Shown piece by piece: positions 59,591 through 64,000 of a DNA stretch of 64,000 nt (the first letter of the stretch is position 1; each line of letters starts with the position of its first letter). The notes below the pieces were generated by a model. It was not told the origin of the DNA and ran no database searches. It was given only the letters and a program-made list of their open reading frames with translations. The position numbers and the translations under genes were made by a program. The DNA is from Nitrospinales bacterium (lineage in GTDB: Bacteria; Nitrospinota; Nitrospinia; Nitrospinales; VA-1): contig CBDCWG010000012.1 in the NCBI GenBank assembly GCA_965223345.1, forward strand, positions 3,232,001 through 3,296,000, written 5' to 3'.

Positions 59591-60360
59591 TTTGCAATCA
59601 GCGAATGGTTGCGGCGCATGAGGAAGAGCATGAAGATCGACACGACGAGCACGAACACGCCGATGAACTGCGAGGTGGACAGCACGCTCTCAACGGCGTA
59701 GCCGCGGTCGTCGCCGCGGAAGTATTCGATGATGAACCGGCCGATGGAATACAGCACGCCGTAGCTCCAGATGATCTGGCCGTCGAAGGATTTGCGTTTG
59801 CGCAGCCACATCAAAATGCCGAATATCACCAGGGCGTTGATGGAAAGGTAGATCTGCGTGGGATGCAGCGGAATCCCCAGGGGGGCCAGGGATTTGGGAT
59901 CGGTGAAGGTGATGGCCCAGGGGACGTCTGTCTTGACGCCGTAGCAGCAGCCCGCAAAAAAACAGCCCCACCGGCCGATGAACTGGCCGACGGCGAGGGA
60001 CGGCGCGAGGACGTCCGCCACTTTCCAGATCGGCATGGCCTTTTTGCGCATGTACAGATAGGAAACCACCACCGCCAGAATGAGGCCGCCGTAAAACACC
60101 AGCCCGCCTTTCCAGAACTTGAAGACATCCAGCGGGTTTTCGAGGAAGTAATCGTATTCGACGATGACATACAGCAGCCGCGCGCCCAGCAGGGACGAGA
60201 TCAGGATATAGAAACAGAGATCGATGATCTGTTGCGAGTCCAGGCCGTCTTTCTGCCCGAGCCGGGCCGCAAAAAAGATGGCCGCGAAAAATCCCGACGC
60301 CACCAGCAGGCCGTAGGTGAAAATCTTGACGAAGCCGAATTCAATGAGAACCGGATGCAT
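59587..60360 (-). CDS. lgt: Prolipoprotein diacylglyceryl transferase
   Basis: MHPVL, GARL.YV, GGLVFYGG, GRWGCF..GCCYG, HPTQIY. Confidence 0.96.
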   Translation of the reverse strand: MHPVLIEFGFVKIFTYGLLVASGFFAAIFFAARLGQKDGLDSQQIIDLCFYILISSLLGARLLYVIVEYDYFLENPLDVFKFWKGGLVFYGGLILAVVVSYLYMRKKAMPIWKVADVLAPSLAVGQFIGRWGCFFAGCCYGVKTDVPWAITFTDPKSLAPLGIPLHPTQIYLSINALVIFGILMWLRKRKSFDGQIIWSYGVLYSIGRFIIEYFRGDDRGYAVESVLSTSQFIGVFVLVVSIFMLFLMRRNHSLIAK

Positions 60361-60375
60361 GGGGTTCCTTTTCGA

Positions 60376-60915
60376 TCATTTGGAGTCGGAAATTTCGTTG
60401 TTGAGAGGGTTTTCGGGCTCGTCCGGGGGAGCGTCCGGCTCCGGTTCCTGGCTGAAAAGATCCAGAATCATCAGAACCACACCGATGGAGATACAGGCGT
60501 CCGCCACGTTGAAGGCGGGAAAGTAATACTTATTATAATAGAACTGGAGAAAATCGATCACCTCTTTGTGCAGGATGCGGTCGATCATGTTGCCGACCGC
60601 ACCGCTGAAGATGAGGATCAGACCGATCTGCACCATGCGCTTCTCGCGGGGCGTCTGGTGAAAGATCACCAGAATGGCCACGATGGCGACCGAAGAGATC
60701 AGAACGAAAATCAGCGCCTTGTACTCGGATTCCTGATCCGCGAACAGCCCGAAGGCCACGCCGGGATTGCGGATGTGCACGAGGTTGAAAAAATTCTCGA
60801 TCACGTTGACCGAGTAAAACAGCGGCAGGTGCTTGATGATGAGAAACTTGGTGTACTGGTCCAGCAGGATCAGCGTGTTGGACATCAGCAGCAATTGCAG
60901 GTATTTATTTTTCAA
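60376..60915 (-). CDS. lspA: Lipoprotein signal peptidase II
   Basis: DQYTK, NPGVAFG, GAVGNMIDR, VIDF, FNVAD. Confidence 0.96.
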   Translation of the reverse strand: MKNKYLQLLLMSNTLILLDQYTKFLIIKHLPLFYSVNVIENFFNLVHIRNPGVAFGLFADQESEYKALIFVLISSVAIVAILVIFHQTPREKRMVQIGLILIFSGAVGNMIDRILHKEVIDFLQFYYNKYYFPAFNVADACISIGVVLMILDLFSQEPEPDAPPDEPENPLNNEISDSK

Positions 60916-60921
60916 GATATT

Positions 60922-63726
60922 TTAGGCCGTTGCGGCTTCCAGGTTTTTGACACAGCGGGTGCAGATCGTCGGGTGCTCCTCCCCGTCCCGTACCTCGACA
61001 AAATAATTCCAGCAGCGCTCGCATTTTTGCCCCTGTATCGGCCGGGCTCCGATGCGCACGCCTTCGAGGGCCCCGCTTTCAAAGCTGCGAAGCCCGGAAT
61101 CCAGTTGCTCCACCACCTCGACATGCGAGACGATGAAGATGTATTTCAATTCGTCGAAATCGTTTTGCAAAACCTCGCGCAACGCCGGCGGCAGCACCAA
61201 GTGCACCTCGGCATCGAGCGAATGGCCGATCACTTTTTCCTGGCGGAACGCTTCCAGCGCCTTGCTCACCTCGCCCTTGAGATCCACCAGGAGCTCCCAT
61301 TTTTTCACGCTGGCGGCGTCCATCCGGTAGCCCGAGCTGTCGGGCAGCAGGCCCAGATGCACGCTTTTCTTTGAGTCTTCGCTTTCGGGCATGTACGACC
61401 AGACCTCTTCCGCCGTGAAACTCAGGATCGGCGCCATCAGGCGGGCCATGTCCGTGAGCAGGCAATACAACGCGGTCTGCCCGGAACGGCGGCCCTTTGA
61501 ATTCTTCGGGAAGGTGTAGAGCCGGTCCTTGATGATGTCCAGGTAAAACGCGCTCAGGTCCACGACGCAGAAATTGTTGAAGGCGTGGAAGAACACGTGG
61601 AATTCATACTTTTCGAACGCATCGGCGATCTTCTCGTTGAGCCTGCGGAACCGGTACAGGATGTAACGGTCGATTTCCGTCATGGCCTCGAACGGCACAG
61701 CGTCCCTGGCCGGATCGAAATCGCTGAGGTTGCCGAGCAGAAACCGGAAGGTGTTGCGGATCTTGCGGTACGCCTCGGTCAGCCGCTTGAGGATCTCCTG
61801 GGAAATGCGGATGTCCTCGCGGTAATTTTCCGACGCCACCCAGAGTCTCAGGATCTCGGCGCCGAACTGATCGATGATCTTCTGCGGCGCGATCACGTTG
61901 CCGGCGGATTTGGACATCTTCTTACCCTTACCGTCCACCACGTAACCGTGGGTGAGCACGGTTTTGTAGGGCGCTTGCTTACGCGTGCCGATGGATTCCA
62001 GCAGCGAGCTGTGAAACCAGCCGCGGTGCTGGTCGCTGCCTTCGAGATACAGATCGGCGGGCCATTGCAGGCTCGGGTCGGTTTCCAGCACGGCGGCGTG
62101 GCTGACGCCGGAATCGAACCAGACATCGAGGATGTCGTTTTCCTTGACGAAGGAGTCCACGGAAGCGCCGCAGGAACATTTGAGGTCCGGCGGCAGCAGG
62201 TCTTTCGTGTCCTTGTCGAACCAGTGATCGGCGCCGTGCTTTTCGACTAGGGCGACGATGTGATCGAACACCTCGACCGAGCGCAGCGTCTCGCCGCAGG
62301 CCGTGCAGGAAAACACGGTGATGGGCACGCCCCAGGCCCGCTGGCGCGACACGCACCAGTCCGGCCGGTTTTCCACCATGCTGTAGATGCGCTCCTCGCC
62401 CCACGGGGGCACCCACTGCACGTTGCGGATGGCGTCGAGCGCGTTTTTGCGCAGATCGTTGGTCTCCATGCAGATGAACCACTGGTTGGTCGCCCGGAAA
62501 ATGATGGGCTGACGGCAGCGCCAGCAGTGCGGGTACGAATGCTTGATGGTTTCCTGATGAATCAGGACGCCCAACTCCTGCAGTTTCTCGATGATCGACG
62601 GGTTGGCCTTGGTCACGAACTGGCCGGCGAAAAATTCCACGTCGTCCTTGAAGACGCCGCCGTCGTCCACCGGGTTGTAGGTGTCGAGGCCGTATTTCTG
62701 CCCCACCACGTAGTCGTCCTGACCGTGGCCGGGAGCGGTGTGCACGCAACCGGTGCCCTGCTCCAGCGTCACGTGCTCGCCCAGGATCACTTTGGAGTCC
62801 CGCTCGAGGAAGGGATGCCGGCAGACGACGCCTTCCAGGTCTTTGCCTTTCGCTTTGCCGACCACCTTGTGGTCCTTGACGTCCCATTCGGCAAGCAGCG
62901 CCGGCAGCCGGTCCTCCGCGACGATCAGGTTGTTGCCGTCGATGGCCACGGCCACGTAGTCAAAATCCGGATGCAGGCAGACGGCCAGGTTCGCGGGCAG
63001 GGTCCAGGGCGTGGTGGTCCAGATGACGCAGGCGGTGTTGGCGGGATCCAGATCCTGCATGCCGCCTTTCAGCTTCGACGCCACCGGAAACTTCACATAG
63101 ATGGACGGGGATTTGTGGTCGGCGTATTCCACTTCCGCTTCGGCGAGCGCGGTCCGGCACGTGGTGCACCAGTGCACCGGCTTCAGGCCGCGGTACACCA
63201 GCCCCGACTGCACGCACTTGGAAAACTCGCGCACGATGGTGGCCTCATAGCCATAGTCCATGGTCAGGTAGGGGCGGTGCCAGTCGGCGAACACGCCGAG
63301 CCGGATGAACTCTTCCCTCTGAATGTCCACGAATTTATCCGCGTAGACCCGGCACAGTTTGCGGATCTCCTGCTTGCTCGGCGTGAGCTTTTTCTGCCGC
63401 TGCTCCTTGGCCACCTGATGCTCGATCGGCAGCCCGTGACAGTCCCAGCCCGGAACGAAGGTCGCATCGAAACCCTGCATGGTCTTGATGCGGACGATGA
63501 AGTCCTTGAGAATCTTGTTGAGCGCGTGCCCCATGTGGATGTGGCCGTTGGCGTAGGGCGGGCCGTCGTGGAACACGTACTTGGGGCGGCCGGCGGACTG
63601 GCTGCGGATCTGCCCGTACAGGTCCTCGGATTTCCAGCGGGCGAGGATTTCCGGCTCGCGCTGGGTGAGGTTGGCCTTCATGGGAAAGTCGGTCTGCGGA
63701 AGATTGAGCGTTTCTTTGTAATCCAT
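60922..63726 (-). CDS. ileS: Isoleucine--tRNA ligase
   Basis: HDGPPYANGHIHMGH, WTTTPWT, KMSKS, C-terminal CERC...CTRC. Confidence 0.98.
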   Translation of the reverse strand: MDYKETLNLPQTDFPMKANLTQREPEILARWKSEDLYGQIRSQSAGRPKYVFHDGPPYANGHIHMGHALNKILKDFIVRIKTMQGFDATFVPGWDCHGLPIEHQVAKEQRQKKLTPSKQEIRKLCRVYADKFVDIQREEFIRLGVFADWHRPYLTMDYGYEATIVREFSKCVQSGLVYRGLKPVHWCTTCRTALAEAEVEYADHKSPSIYVKFPVASKLKGGMQDLDPANTACVIWTTTPWTLPANLAVCLHPDFDYVAVAIDGNNLIVAEDRLPALLAEWDVKDHKVVGKAKGKDLEGVVCRHPFLERDSKVILGEHVTLEQGTGCVHTAPGHGQDDYVVGQKYGLDTYNPVDDGGVFKDDVEFFAGQFVTKANPSIIEKLQELGVLIHQETIKHSYPHCWRCRQPIIFRATNQWFICMETNDLRKNALDAIRNVQWVPPWGEERIYSMVENRPDWCVSRQRAWGVPITVFSCTACGETLRSVEVFDHIVALVEKHGADHWFDKDTKDLLPPDLKCSCGASVDSFVKENDILDVWFDSGVSHAAVLETDPSLQWPADLYLEGSDQHRGWFHSSLLESIGTRKQAPYKTVLTHGYVVDGKGKKMSKSAGNVIAPQKIIDQFGAEILRLWVASENYREDIRISQEILKRLTEAYRKIRNTFRFLLGNLSDFDPARDAVPFEAMTEIDRYILYRFRRLNEKIADAFEKYEFHVFFHAFNNFCVVDLSAFYLDIIKDRLYTFPKNSKGRRSGQTALYCLLTDMARLMAPILSFTAEEVWSYMPESEDSKKSVHLGLLPDSSGYRMDAASVKKWELLVDLKGEVSKALEAFRQEKVIGHSLDAEVHLVLPPALREVLQNDFDELKYIFIVSHVEVVEQLDSGLRSFESGALEGVRIGARPIQGQKCERCWNYFVEVRDGEEHPTICTRCVKNLEAATA

Positions 63727-63808
63727 TCTCTTATTCGGTCCGATCTCTGTTGCTGGATGATTCTCAATACCGTCATCGCCGCACTTCAGGGGTGCGGCCG
63801 ATTTGATT

Positions 63809-64000
63809 TTACAGTTTCATGGCGGCCTTCGCCTCCGCCAGGGTGCGGTTGGCGACGCGTTCGGCCTTTTTGTTGCCCTCTTCCAGGATCTCCCGCACCT
63901 GTTTGGGTTTGGCGGCGATCTCCTGGCGCTTTTCCATCATCGGCCGCATGACGGCGATCATGGAATCGGCGAGCTTCAGTTTGCAGTCGCCGCAGCCGAT
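63809..64000 (-). CDS. trpS: Tryptophan--tRNA ligase, C-terminal fragment (5'-partial)
   Basis: Manual translation IGCGDCKLKLA...VREILEEGNKKAERVANRTLAEAKAAMKL*. Confidence 0.8.
   Translation of the reverse strand: MGCGDCKLKLADSMIAVMRPMMEKRQEIAAKPKQVREILEEGNKKAERVANRTLAEAKAAMKL

Overview
Bacterial chromosomal window, mostly GC-rich. The gene complement (giant MnxG-type multicopper oxidase, cytochrome c/cupredoxin-like periplasmic proteins) suggests a nitrite oxidiser of the Nitrospinota/Nitrospirota type; this is an inference. Positions 1-36.9 kb are largely core genome: a multicopper oxidase with two compensating frameshifts, DegP, APS reductase, thiL, two CNNM/CorC genes, dksA, secA, the rpsF-ssb-rpsR-DUF2232-rplI-dnaB cluster, a peptide ABC binding protein and a ferredoxin. 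An initiator tRNA-Met at 36960 is followed by about 22 kb of accessory genes: a low-GC islet, RND pump, patatin, secreted proteins and two cold-shock genes. The window ends with trpS(partial)-ileS-lspA-lgt. No CRISPR array, rRNA, integrase or transposase was seen. The most notable observations are: (1) a secreted fusion of peptidoglycan-binding, c-type heme and putative type-1 copper domains, next to a stand-alone paralog of the anchor; (2) a Fur-box-preceded DUF2325 gene followed by an unannotated 58-aa ORF resembling a phage tail-fibre motif; (3) a candidate sigma28-dependent small RNA; (4) a long structured, terminator-containing leader before a histone-like dksA; (5) sigma54 promoters driving tiny orphan proteins; (6) clusters of REP-like repeats. 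All family assignments come from motif recognition by eye, not database searches.
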